Shown here piece after piece: positions 49,331 to 58,803 of a stretch of 64,000 nt of DNA. Location of the stretch: assembly GCA_018607365.1 (NCBI GenBank), contig JABBBT010000031.1, positions 3,338 to 67,337 on the forward strand, given 5' to 3'. The stretch's first letter is position 1. Every line of letters begins with the position of its first letter. The notes under the pieces are model-generated. The model was not told where the DNA came from. It saw only the letters and a list, made by a program, of their open reading frames with translations, and did not search any database. Origin of the DNA: SAR86 cluster bacterium. GTDB taxonomy: Bacteria; Pseudomonadota; Gammaproteobacteria; Magnimaribacterales; D2472. A program made the position numbers and the translations under genes.

Positions 49331-49950
49331 CGTCAATCTCCTTGAAGCAAAGAGTTAGCAGAAGGTCTTTAACCCTTAACAAATCCTTTATTTTATCTCT
49401 AACTTTCCACGTCTTTTTGATATTTGGAATAACATTTACAACTTTCTATAAAATACCTTTGTTACAAGATTCTCCAATTATTAATGTAAAGCTGGCAAAC
49501 TCATCGCAAGATATCATTGGCAATGAAAGTTTTGATCAAGAAATACTAGCTATAGATAGTAATGGTTTTAAAAACAAACAAATGCAAACGCAGAAAAGTT
49601 CATATCAGCCTCATAAAATAAAAAAACTTAAGGCTAATTCAGTTGTAAGTAATGAGGAGGCCATGTATTTAAATCTTTGGCAAAGAAATATTGAGACAAT
49701 AGGAGATAAGATTATAGGAGAAGAGGGCGCCATCTATAACGAAAGTAGGGTGCAGGTTATGGCAACGATAGATTCATTTGGTAATTTAATAAAATCAGAG
49801 GTTCTTATATCATCTGGAAACGAATCTGTTGACGAATTAGCTCTTAATATTTTAAATGAAGCCGCTCCTTTCGCTCCCTTTGATCCAAAAATGATTAATG
49901 AATATAGTGTTTTAGAAATAGTTAGAGATTGGAACTTTTCAACAGAATAA
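49327..49950 (+). CDS. TonB-family C-terminal-domain protein
   Basis: N-terminal TM anchor and TonB-C-like end (V.V...ID..G.L......SSGN..VDELALNIL..AAPFAPF). No Pro-rich spacer. gshB-tonB-like-ruvX order as in pseudomonads. Confidence 0.6.
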   Translation: MTSISLKQRVSRRSLTLNKSFILSLTFHVFLIFGITFTTFYKIPLLQDSPIINVKLANSSQDIIGNESFDQEILAIDSNGFKNKQMQTQKSSYQPHKIKKLKANSVVSNEEAMYLNLWQRNIETIGDKIIGEEGAIYNESRVQVMATIDSFGNLIKSEVLISSGNESVDELALNILNEAAPFAPFDPKMINEYSVLEIVRDWNFSTE

Positions 49951-50336
49951 TGCAAATAGTATCTTTTGATTTTGGAACAAAAAAAATAGGCATTGCTGTT
50001 GGGCAAACAAAAACAAAAACGTCATCCCCGTTAGAAATTATTTTTAATAAAAATAATGCTGTGAATTGGGTAAAAATTTCTTCTATTATTAATGAGTGGA
50101 AGCCAGACTTACTTCTAGTTGGCAAACCTCTTAATATGGATGGTACCGATAGTGATATCATGGAAAAAGTAGATATCTTTTTTAAGAAATTAGGAAAGGT
50201 AACAAAGGTTCCATGTGAATATGTTGATGAAAGGCTTACTAGTTTTGAAGCAAGACAAAACCTTGCAGATCTTAAGACTGATCTCATTGATGCACATGCA
50301 GCTAAGATTTTAATAGATCACTGGTTTAATAAATAA
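49950..50336 (+). CDS. ruvX: pre-16S rRNA nuclease / Holliday-junction-resolvase-like YqgF
   Basis: Start at the ATG at 49950 (TAATG overlap with the upstream stop). SFDFGTKKIGIAVG motif and C-terminal DERLTS..A. Confidence 0.87.
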   Translation: MQIVSFDFGTKKIGIAVGQTKTKTSSPLEIIFNKNNAVNWVKISSIINEWKPDLLLVGKPLNMDGTDSDIMEKVDIFFKKLGKVTKVPCEYVDERLTSFEARQNLADLKTDLIDAHAAKILIDHWFNK

Positions 50337-50338
50337 TT

Positions 50339-52114
50339 ATGTCCATACCTTCAAGCTTTATTGATCGACTGATAACTTCTGTCAATATAGTAGATATTAT
50401 AGGAAGAAGACTTCAACTTGAGAGAAGAGGTGGAGCTTATTGGGCAAAGTGTCCATTTCATGGTTCTGGAGATGAAAGAACTGGGTCTTTCAAGATCTAT
50501 GAGGATACAGGCACCTACCATTGTTTTGGTTGCAAGGAGTCCGGTAACGCAATTCACTTTTTGAGAAAACATGACGGCCTTGATTTCATGGAGGCTATTG
50601 AATTGCTTGCATCTTATGTGGGAATGGAAGTTCCTCAGCAAGAAAAGCCGGTAGATGTGTCCGATGCTCTTAATATTAATTCTCGAGCCGTTGAAATTTT
50701 CATAGAACAGCTAAAGTCGCCTTTAGGTAAAGCGACTATTGAATATTTAAAAGCCAGAGGTATTAGCGGTGAGACTGCTAAATTTTTTGAGTTAGGATAT
50801 TCCGTAGAAAGAAATCCATCTCTGCATTCTATACTTTCGCCAAAGTATGAGAAATCTGATCTTGAGGATTCGGGATTATTTGGATCAAATGATAATGGAG
50901 AAATGTATGATCGTTTCAGAGACAGACTTATGTTTCCAATTAGAAATATTAAAGGTGAGCACATAGCCTTTGGTGGAAGACTTCTGCAAGATAAAAAAGA
51001 CCAAGCTAAATACCTGAACTCACCAGAAACCAAAACATATAAGAAGAAATATGAATTATATGGGCTTTATGAAGCAAGATTGCTTGAGAAAAGACCGCAA
51101 TCCTTGTTTTTGGTTGAAGGCTATATGGATGTTATTGGATTACATCAGCACGGCATAAAAAATGCAGTAGCTTCTTCAGGGACAGCATTCACTCAAGAGC
51201 AACTCAGAAAAATTCTTAGTTATACCAACGTTATTTACATAGTCTTTGATGGAGATGAGGCTGGACAAAAAGCTTCCTGGAGAGCTGTAGAAAATGCTCT
51301 TCCTCTTCTTAGAGAAGATATCAGAATGAGTTTTATATTTTTAAAACCTGGAGATGACCCAGATAGCTATATCAAAGAAAATGGCAAAGATGCTTTTGTT
51401 AAACTGGCGACTGAAGCAACATCTTTCTCAGATTATTTTTTACAATCTATTAAAGACCATGATGACTTATCTTCTATTGAAGGAAGGTCTATGGTTGCTC
51501 AGTTTGCAAAACCCTTAGTAAACAAAATAGCCAATCCAACACTTAAAGAAGCATATACGAGTGAGATTAGTAATATATGCGATTTAGATTTTAGTAAGCT
51601 GCTATCTGGAGAGGACAGATATCAACCCAATAAATCTTTACAAAAAGAAGAGGTAAAAAAGACCCCCAATTCGGTTATAAGAAAATCTGTACTTGGAGTC
51701 TTTACAGCTCTTATCCAGCACCCCAAGTTAGCCAAAGATAGAGTATTTGATTTGATAAGAAAGGATTCTAGATTTTTATTCTTAAATGATGTGAGAAATT
51801 TTTATAAAGATAATCCAGAAGCAGTTCCATCCATACTGTTTGAAAAAATAGAAAATGAAAAAATAAAAAACTTATTTGGTGAAGCTCTAGTATCAGAAAT
51901 TAAGCTTTCAGCTGATGATGCAAAAGCAATGATTGAGGATTGTATTAGCCTAATATCAAAAACTGAAAAAGATAGAGAGGAAATCTTAAAAGAAAAGTAT
52001 AATATGCAAGAAATAACATCTGCAGAAAAAAGGGAATTACAACAACATATTCTCAAAAAAGCTTCCATGACAGAAGAAGACCAGATTTTATTAAAAAATT
52101 TAAGCTCTAAATAG
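50339..52114 (+). CDS. dnaG: DNA primase
   Basis: Zinc ribbon CPFH...CFGC, TOPRIM (LVEGYMDV, DGDEAGQKA) and a DnaB-interaction C-domain. Confidence 0.95.
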   Translation: MSIPSSFIDRLITSVNIVDIIGRRLQLERRGGAYWAKCPFHGSGDERTGSFKIYEDTGTYHCFGCKESGNAIHFLRKHDGLDFMEAIELLASYVGMEVPQQEKPVDVSDALNINSRAVEIFIEQLKSPLGKATIEYLKARGISGETAKFFELGYSVERNPSLHSILSPKYEKSDLEDSGLFGSNDNGEMYDRFRDRLMFPIRNIKGEHIAFGGRLLQDKKDQAKYLNSPETKTYKKKYELYGLYEARLLEKRPQSLFLVEGYMDVIGLHQHGIKNAVASSGTAFTQEQLRKILSYTNVIYIVFDGDEAGQKASWRAVENALPLLREDIRMSFIFLKPGDDPDSYIKENGKDAFVKLATEATSFSDYFLQSIKDHDDLSSIEGRSMVAQFAKPLVNKIANPTLKEAYTSEISNICDLDFSKLLSGEDRYQPNKSLQKEEVKKTPNSVIRKSVLGVFTALIQHPKLAKDRVFDLIRKDSRFLFLNDVRNFYKDNPEAVPSILFEKIENEKIKNLFGEALVSEIKLSADDAKAMIEDCISLISKTEKDREEILKEKYNMQEITSAEKRELQQHILKKASMTEEDQILLKNLSSK

Positions 52115-52172
52115 ATTGAATTTATAGATTTAATCACTACATAGAGTAAACATATTTGGAGTACAAGAATTC

Positions 52173-53987
52173 GTGGATAAATTAAGTAAAAAAGGTTCAA
52201 AAATAGCTGAACTCATAGAGAAAGGAAGAGAGCAGGGCTATTTAACTTATGCAGATGTTAATGATCATCTTCCTGAGGATATTTCTGATCCAGATCAGGT
52301 TGATGAAATCATTGGAATGATTAATGATTTAGGTCTCCAAGTTCACGAAACTGCACCTGATGCAGATGACTTATTATTGGCAAACTCAGAAGAGTCTGAT
52401 GATATTGCTCTTGAGCAAGCTGCAGAAGCTCTTGCTGCTGTAGAAAATGAGACTGGAAGAACTACAGACCCTGTAAGAATGTATATGCGTGAGATGGGAA
52501 CAGTTGATCTCCTAACTCGTGAAGGTGAAATAGAAATTGCTAAAAGAATTGAAGAAGGGATGAGAGATCTTCTTGCCGCAAGTGTTGTTTACCCCAAAAC
52601 TGTAGAGTTCGTAATCGATTATCATCAAATGGTAAAAGATGGCGAAAAGAAAACTAATGATTTTTTAACTGGGTTCCTTGAAGAAATGGAAGAGGTTCCA
52701 TCTGCAGGACCAGGAAGTCAAAGAGCAAAAGATGAAGCTGCTGCTGCAGAAGAGTCAGATGACGAGACTCCATCAGGTCCGGATATGGTCGAAGTCCAAA
52801 GAAGGATGACTAACCTTAAAAGACAATATAACAAAACATTAAAGGTTATTGAATCAAAAGGGCGTCATTCTAAAGAAGCAAATGCCGAATTTAAGAAAGT
52901 TGGAGAAATTTTCCAATTCCTAAAATTTAGTCCAAGAATGTTTGATGACATTGCATCCATTGCTAGAGAAGGATTGGCAATGATCAGAGATAAAGAAAAA
53001 TTTATTCAAGAGCAGTTAGTAAGAAATGCTCGTATGCCTAGAAAGGATTTCTTAGCTATGTATTCAGACAACTTAACAAAAGTTAGATGGGTTGATTCTT
53101 TGATGAAAGAGAAAAAATACAAAAAAGATCTTATAGAAAAAGTTAAACAAGATGTGGTTATTGCACAGAAAGATATTATTGAACTTGAGACTAGAGTTGG
53201 CCTTAGTGTTAAAGAAATTAAAGAGATTAATAGAAATATGTCTATGGGTGAAACCAAAATGAGACGTGCTAAAAAAGACATGGTTGAAGCTAATTTAAGG
53301 TTAGTTATATCTATTGCTAAAAAATATACCAACAGAGGTCTTCAGTTCCTGGACTTAATCCAAGAGGGGAATATAGGTCTTATGAAAGCTGTAGATAAGT
53401 TTGAGTATAGAAGAGGTTATAAATTCTCTACTTACGCAACTTGGTGGATCAGACAGGCCATAACAAGATCTATTGCTGACCAGGCAAGAACAATCAGAAT
53501 ACCAGTTCATATGATTGAGACTATTAATAAACTAAATAGAGTATCTCGCCAGATGATGCAGGATATGGGAAGAGAGCCAACACCAGAAGAGTTAAGTAAA
53601 GAGCTTGATATGCCTGAAGACAAAGTAAGAAAAGTTCTTAAGATTGCAAAAGAGCCAATTTCAACTGAAACACCTATCGGTGATGATGAAGATTCCAGCT
53701 TAGGTGATTTTATTGAAGATACTGTTATAGAGTCTCCGCTTGAAAATGCAACAGAAGACAGCCTGCATTTTGCAACAGATGATGTCTTGGGATCTCTTAC
53801 AGCAAGAGAAGCTAAAGTATTAAGAATGAGGTTTGGTATTGGTATGAATACTGATCATACTCTTGAAGAAGTAGGGAAACAGTTTGATGTTACTAGAGAA
53901 AGAATAAGACAGATAGAAGCAAAGGCTTTAAGAAAACTTAGACACCCAAGTAGATCAAGTCATTTGAAAAGCTTTTTAGACGAGTAA
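52173..53987 (+). CDS. rpoD: RNA polymerase sigma-70 factor RpoD
   Basis: GTG start. Regions 1.1-4.2, including [37 protein letters not shown] and the acidic spacer. Confidence 0.97.
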   Translation: MDKLSKKGSKIAELIEKGREQGYLTYADVNDHLPEDISDPDQVDEIIGMINDLGLQVHETAPDADDLLLANSEESDDIALEQAAEALAAVENETGRTTDPVRMYMREMGTVDLLTREGEIEIAKRIEEGMRDLLAASVVYPKTVEFVIDYHQMVKDGEKKTNDFLTGFLEEMEEVPSAGPGSQRAKDEAAAAEESDDETPSGPDMVEVQRRMTNLKRQYNKTLKVIESKGRHSKEANAEFKKVGEIFQFLKFSPRMFDDIASIAREGLAMIRDKEKFIQEQLVRNARMPRKDFLAMYSDNLTKVRWVDSLMKEKKYKKDLIEKVKQDVVIAQKDIIELETRVGLSVKEIKEINRNMSMGETKMRRAKKDMVEANLRLVISIAKKYTNRGLQFLDLIQEGNIGLMKAVDKFEYRRGYKFSTYATWWIRQAITRSIADQARTIRIPVHMIETINKLNRVSRQMMQDMGREPTPEELSKELDMPEDKVRKVLKIAKEPISTETPIGDDEDSSLGDFIEDTVIESPLENATEDSLHFATDDVLGSLTAREAKVLRMRFGIGMNTDHTLEEVGKQFDVTRERIRQIEAKALRKLRHPSRSSHLKSFLDE

Positions 53988-53989
53988 GT

Positions 53990-54628
53990 TTACTTCCAGC
54001 TCCCTTTTCTTCCTGATAAATCCCAGTTGATTCTTGACCACATCAATTGGATTCGTCTTTCTATATATCTTTTTGCAAAGAAATCACTTATCTCAGGAAG
54101 CGGAACAAACGACGATGATCCAAGACCGTCAATAATCTTAAGAACGATTAAATTGTCTTCATAGCCCACAACTATATTATGTGGAATGATGTTTTTTGTT
54201 AAAACTAAACTAGATCTTAGCCAGGATTCAAAATCACCTAGAGCCTTCTTTATTTCATCTGTCATACCAAATGTAAACAAATATTTCTCAAGTGTGATTG
54301 CGATATTTTGATTTTTATCTAGGACTAATTCTGTTTCTGATGCTGGCCCTATAGATGTTTCAACCATTCCGTACCACCTAGCTAAATGCTTCCATTTATT
54401 TGGATTATTATTCTTAAGAGATCTTTGTTGATAAGCAGATTGTTCTCTGAGGTTGTCATCAAAGCTTTCCGCAGACCTAAATTTTTTATACCAAGCTGCA
54501 TTTTTTTTTACTTTTTCTGATTGGCCTTCAAAAGAAACCTTAAGACATCTATCTTTTTTTAAAGGGTGAACAAAGCATCGCCTATTGCCGCCTTGAGCAA
54601 AGTGCTCGATGTTATTAAGGTTAATCAT
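53990..54628 (-). CDS. YrbL-family (PhoP-network) kinase-fold protein
   Basis: From the ATG at 54628, MINLNNIEHFAQGGNRRCFVHPLKKDRCLKV parallels the E. coli YrbL N-terminus (..GTGRHRKCYAHPEDAQRCIKI). The track ORF extension to 54694 starts at a TTG and is not needed. Confidence 0.68.
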   Translation of the reverse strand: MINLNNIEHFAQGGNRRCFVHPLKKDRCLKVSFEGQSEKVKKNAAWYKKFRSAESFDDNLREQSAYQQRSLKNNNPNKWKHLARWYGMVETSIGPASETELVLDKNQNIAITLEKYLFTFGMTDEIKKALGDFESWLRSSLVLTKNIIPHNIVVGYEDNLIVLKIIDGLGSSSFVPLPEISDFFAKRYIERRIQLMWSRINWDLSGRKGSWK

Positions 54629-54685
54629 CTTGTAATAATAACTTATATGACTGAGATCAACACACTCAAGCATCAGGTTAAACGC

Positions 54686-54733
54686 TTGTAACAAATTTGT
54701 AACTTACTAGATAAATTAGTCACAATTTGTTAC
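54686..54733. promoter_or_regulatory. repeated TTGTAAC/GTAACAA motif in the divergent yrbL-like/TBDR control region
   Basis: TTGTAAC at 54686 and 54697 (11-bp phasing) and the inverted copy TTGTTAC at 54727. Function unknown. Confidence 0.3.
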
Positions 54734-54812
54734 ATAAAGTTTTTTAAATTCGACAGTTTTGTCATAGACAGATATTAAGTTGTGTTCATATTTATATATA
54801 AGGACTAAAAAA

Positions 54813-57338
54813 ATGAAAAACATGATGAGTATTATTTTTATATTACTTTTTATTGCAACTCCAGTTATCGCTCAAACGACTTCAAATGTTGAAGACGTTG
54901 AAGAGGTTGTAGTTGTTGGGACTCTTGCAAGTTTGATATCTGCAATTGAAAAGCAAAGAAAATCAAACTCCATCGTTTCTGTTGTTGATTCAGATGCATT
55001 GGGTGATTTCCCAGACACTACTGCTGCAGAAGCTATTAGAAGACTTTCTGGTATTTCAGTAGAAAATGATCAGGGAGAAGGCAGGTATGTCAGCATCAGA
55101 GGTATGTCTGGTGACTTAAACTCTATCGCAGTCAATGGTGCACTAATCCCAGCTCCTGAGGGTGGAAGAAAGGTAATGTTAGATGGCTTGCCAACTGAAC
55201 TTCTAGATTCCATCGAAGTTTACAAGTCATTAACTCCTGATATGGATGCTGATGCTATAGGTGGTCGAATTGAATTTAACACCAAAAGAGCATCAACATT
55301 AAAAAAGAAACTCTTAAAATTTAAATATGACACTTCATATAATGAGCAATCAAAAAACTCAGATAATCCAAAGTTTGCACTAACTTATGGTAATAAGATA
55401 AATGACACTATGGGTCATATTCTAGGAATCACTTATGCAAGCAAGCAAATTGTTTCATATAACAATGAAACTGGTTTTCCAGGGTGGGAAGTTGAAAATG
55501 GTAACAAAACATTAGGTGATGACTGGGAAATGCGTTACTACGACCTTACAAGAGAAAGATTTGGCCTAACCTATGATTTTGATGCTGTATTAGCAAACGA
55601 TACGGTTGTTTATGCCAATATTCTTATTAATGAATATACAGACGATGAACTTAGGTATAAAGACGAGTATGGTAAGTTAAAATTTAGTGAGATAAATGAC
55701 TCATCAGCAACCATATCTCAAATTAGAAGAGATGCAGAAACAAGAAAAAGAATTGAAGTAAGAAAAATTGAAACATATATTGTAGGAATTGAAACTGAAC
55801 TTAATGGTTGGTTTACAGAAGCTCAATTCAGTCATTCTTTTGCAGAACAAGATGATACTGATAATGTTGATGTTAAATTTAGAAGCGACAAACTTAAATG
55901 TGAGCCTTGTGGAACTTTTTTCTTCAATGATCCACAAAAAGTAGGAATATCGTTTACTCCGGCCGGCGAAGCTCTTTGGAGCACAGGTATAGGTATTGAT
56001 GCTTTTGAGGAAGAAGATGATTTAATACAAGATACAGAAGTTGCTTTTAAGGTAGACTTTACTAAAGATGGGTTCACGCTTCTTAGCAGACCTACAGATG
56101 TAAAATTTGGTTTCAAATATAGCTCTAGAGAAAAAGAAAGAGATAATGAATATTTTGAATGGGATGACGAAACTATTCCACAGAATCAAGCATTTTTTGG
56201 GGCTAGAATTCCATTTAGTTGGCCATTTGCTGGCCAATCAATGGGGCCAATGGCTGATGCTGAAATGTTGTACCCACTTCAAGGCTCTTTTGGACCCTAT
56301 GAAAGAGGTCAGCTAAAAAAAGATTATACAACTGAAGAAGATATTCTTGCGTTCTATGTAATGGGAACTCTTGAGTATGATAAAGCTATTGTTACAGCAG
56401 GAGTAAGATATGAGGACACATCTTTTTCTACAGTTGGATACAACGAAGCTGATAATTTTGCTAAAGTGAATGCAAATAAAGATTATAGTTTTCTTGCTCC
56501 TAGTTTTAATATCAAATATTTCTTATCAGATGATCTTATTGTAAGAGCAGCAATTACAAGATCTCTAGCAAGGCCAGGTTTCAGTGAATCAAATACAGTC
56601 TCCGAGTTTGAAAGAGAAGATGACAATCTATTTAAAGGTTCAATGGGTAATCCAGACTTAGATCCTTATGAGTCAAGCAATTATGATCTTTCATTAGAGT
56701 ATTATGGTGAAACTAGATCTGCTTCTATAGGCTACTTTAAAAAAGATATTGAAAATGCTATTTATCCCTTAGTCACATCTGGTGTATTTAATAATATTAA
56801 CTTTAGTGAATTAGAGACGTTTGTTAATTCAGGCGACTCAGATGTTTCAGGATTTGAGTTAAACTTTTTTAATGAGTTTACAATATTTCCTGAGCCTTTT
56901 AATGGTTTATTTATTTCAGCAAACCTAACCCTAACTGATGGTGAAAGCACTTTAGAAACAGACAATGGAAATGTTACTTTCCCATTTAGAAAACTCTCTG
57001 AAACATCAAAAAATCTATCTATTGGATACAACAAAGATAAGATTGATGCAAGACTTTCTTACGTATCAAGAAGCCCATATTTAGACTATCTGGCTGATGA
57101 AGGTGACTCCTCATCTGTTCAAGAAGACTTATCAGTATCTAATATTAGGTACACAGATGATCATGCACAATTAGACTTTAATATCAAATATAAATATTCT
57201 GATAATCTAAGTATAAAATTTGAAATTTCAAATATTACGGATGAACCAGAATTTTATTACTGGGGCTACTCTGATCGTCTTTCACAATATGATGAGTACG
57301 GAACCACATATAGCGTAGGGATAAGATATAATCTATAG
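54813..57338 (+). CDS. TonB-dependent outer-membrane receptor
   Basis: ATG at 54813 with AAGGA upstream. Signal peptide, TonB-box-like EEVVVVG, plug domain (AIRRLSGISV, RYVSIRG) and a large C-terminal barrel. Confidence 0.9.
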   Translation: MKNMMSIIFILLFIATPVIAQTTSNVEDVEEVVVVGTLASLISAIEKQRKSNSIVSVVDSDALGDFPDTTAAEAIRRLSGISVENDQGEGRYVSIRGMSGDLNSIAVNGALIPAPEGGRKVMLDGLPTELLDSIEVYKSLTPDMDADAIGGRIEFNTKRASTLKKKLLKFKYDTSYNEQSKNSDNPKFALTYGNKINDTMGHILGITYASKQIVSYNNETGFPGWEVENGNKTLGDDWEMRYYDLTRERFGLTYDFDAVLANDTVVYANILINEYTDDELRYKDEYGKLKFSEINDSSATISQIRRDAETRKRIEVRKIETYIVGIETELNGWFTEAQFSHSFAEQDDTDNVDVKFRSDKLKCEPCGTFFFNDPQKVGISFTPAGEALWSTGIGIDAFEEEDDLIQDTEVAFKVDFTKDGFTLLSRPTDVKFGFKYSSREKERDNEYFEWDDETIPQNQAFFGARIPFSWPFAGQSMGPMADAEMLYPLQGSFGPYERGQLKKDYTTEEDILAFYVMGTLEYDKAIVTAGVRYEDTSFSTVGYNEADNFAKVNANKDYSFLAPSFNIKYFLSDDLIVRAAITRSLARPGFSESNTVSEFEREDDNLFKGSMGNPDLDPYESSNYDLSLEYYGETRSASIGYFKKDIENAIYPLVTSGVFNNINFSELETFVNSGDSDVSGFELNFFNEFTIFPEPFNGLFISANLTLTDGESTLETDNGNVTFPFRKLSETSKNLSIGYNKDKIDARLSYVSRSPYLDYLADEGDSSSVQEDLSVSNIRYTDDHAQLDFNIKYKYSDNLSIKFEISNITDEPEFYYWGYSDRLSQYDEYGTTYSVGIRYNL

Positions 57339-57354
57339 ATAAACTAATTAAAAG

Positions 57355-57380
57355 TACAAAGGGTCACTTGGCCCTTTGTA
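57355..57380 (+). terminator. stem-loop between TBDR and phytase genes
   Basis: TACAAAGGG...CCCTTTGTA, a 9-bp perfect inverted repeat with an 8-nt loop. No clear T-run, so it may be an attenuator or processing site rather than a full terminator. Confidence 0.45.
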
Positions 57381-57395
57381 ATATTAAATATAAGC

Positions 57396-58487
57396 ATGAA
57401 ATTTTATTCACTAATCACCTTAATATTATTTTCTTTCAATATGTTTTCAGCTAGTTTTATCGACAAGGATATACAAGTTGTAAAACCAAGTTACGAAACA
57501 CCTCAAGTTGTATCCAAGGGAGATGCTGCAGACGATCCTGCTATCTGGTTTAATAAATCAAATCCATCAAAATCATTAATTTTTGGCACTGACAAAAGGA
57601 GTGGTGTTTATACATATAATCTTAATGGAGAAAAAGTTAACTACACCGAGCTTGGTAATATCAATAATATTGATACTAGAACAATCAATATAACTGATGA
57701 CGATGGTCTTGATCTTGGACCTTATTCATTTATTTTTGCCTCAAATAGAACTTTAAATTCTCTTGATATATGGGCATTTTCTGATACTAATATGAATCTT
57801 GCTATTGATAATAATAATTTTAATCTTCCAAAGAAACCCTATATAAGAGCAAAGTCAGATGTTGAGGTTTATGGAGTTTGTGGTGGTTATGATAAGACAT
57901 TCGGTCTTATAGCATTTTTAACTGCTGATGGAAGCTCTGAGATTGAACTTTGGAGCTATAGTTCACTAGGCCTTACACTTCTTACTACTTTTAAAAATGG
58001 TAATGCAATTCAATCTGAGGGCTGTGTATATGATGATGAGAATAGAACTCTTTTTATATCAGAAGAACAGGATAGGGGGATTTTAAGAGCATATAATATT
58101 GATGATGAATTAGACTTTTCTTCACCCATCGTTATTGATAATAGATCTGGTTATATAAACGGCGATCCTGAAGGCGTAACTATTTATAAAACATCCGAAA
58201 AAGAAGGCTATGTTATCGTTTCATCTCAAGGTGATGATACATTTAATTTATATGATCGACTGTCACCTTATAAATATATTGGTAGTTTTAAAATCGGCCA
58301 TTTTAAAGAAATTGATGGCGTGACAGACACAGATGGCATCTCTGCAATTAATTTCAATTTAAACAATGATTTCAAAAGAGGTTTATTTGTTGCTCAGGAT
58401 GGGACCAATGATGGGAAGTTAAAAGTTAAAAGACAAAATTTTAAACTTGTATCATTTGATGAGATTTTAAAATCACTTGATTTATAG
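57396..58487 (+). CDS. secreted beta-propeller phytase (3-phytase, BPP family)
   Basis: Signal peptide. The GDAADDPAIW motif and downstream propeller repeats resemble Bacillus PhyC-type phytases. 363 aa. Confidence 0.82.
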   Translation: MKFYSLITLILFSFNMFSASFIDKDIQVVKPSYETPQVVSKGDAADDPAIWFNKSNPSKSLIFGTDKRSGVYTYNLNGEKVNYTELGNINNIDTRTINITDDDGLDLGPYSFIFASNRTLNSLDIWAFSDTNMNLAIDNNNFNLPKKPYIRAKSDVEVYGVCGGYDKTFGLIAFLTADGSSEIELWSYSSLGLTLLTTFKNGNAIQSEGCVYDDENRTLFISEEQDRGILRAYNIDDELDFSSPIVIDNRSGYINGDPEGVTIYKTSEKEGYVIVSSQGDDTFNLYDRLSPYKYIGSFKIGHFKEIDGVTDTDGISAINFNLNNDFKRGLFVAQDGTNDGKLKVKRQNFKLVSFDEILKSLDL

Positions 58488-58731
58488 TTTATTAGTTAAC
58501 TTAAGCAACCTATTTTTTTTTGCTAAAGCAGTTGCCTTTCGCAGCTCTGCTTCGTTAGTGCCAAGTCTGTAACATTTGTTTTTCATGCATAACTTTTTTA
58601 CAGAAACTTAGTTGTTGTTTCTGCTTCGCTTAAACAATTTTGCATTACTATCTATTACTTTTTTCTTTCATACGCACACTTAAATAGTGTAAAATTCTCT
58701 TCTCTTTGTAGTAGCAATTGTTATAAAGCAA

Positions 58732-58771
58732 GTGTGTCGGAGTGTGCTAAGTTTTTTGACACACCTTTTTT
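58732..58771 (+). terminator. terminator-like hairpin plus T6 inside the phytase-tRNA spacer
   Basis: GTGTGTC / GACACAC 7-bp stem, 19-nt loop, then C and TTTTTT (58766-58771). A TTGACA hexamer (58756-58761) is embedded in it. Confidence 0.4.
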
Positions 58772-58803
58772 AGAGAAATGCTTGCAAATGTTGATTTAAC
58801 AAG

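Noticed and set aside
49922-51033. Minus-strand ORFs of 96-132 aa across ruvX and dnaG, and similar ones at 51802-52200 and 53006-53332
   Set aside because: All are antisense to strongly supported housekeeping genes (ruvX, dnaG, rpoD). They are typical long shadow frames in AT-rich DNA.
54629-54694. Upstream extension of the YrbL-like ORF, and the TTG at 54780 for the TBDR
   Set aside because: Both extensions begin at TTG and add residues not matching the family N-termini. The internal ATGs (54628 and 54813) give N-termini that match YrbL and a signal peptide respectively.
54751-54771. Full Pho box upstream of the TBDR-phytase unit
   Set aside because: Only one TTGTCATA half-site is present. 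The other CTGTC-like elements are 15 nt apart or inverted, not the 11-bp direct-repeat geometry of PhoB sites.
58482-58586. 34-codon minus-strand ORF (MKNKCYRLGTNEAELRKATALAKKNRLLKLTNKL) in the phytase-tRNA spacer
   Set aside because: It has no Shine-Dalgarno, overlaps the phytase stop convergently, and has the lysine-rich composition expected by chance in AT-rich DNA. Kept only as a remote possibility.
58756-58761. Perfect TTGACA -35 hexamer as the tRNA promoter
   Set aside because: No acceptable -10 hexamer lies 16-18 bp downstream (the sequence reads ATGCTT/TGCTTG), and the hexamer is part of the hairpin stem. The promoter assignment is unsupported.
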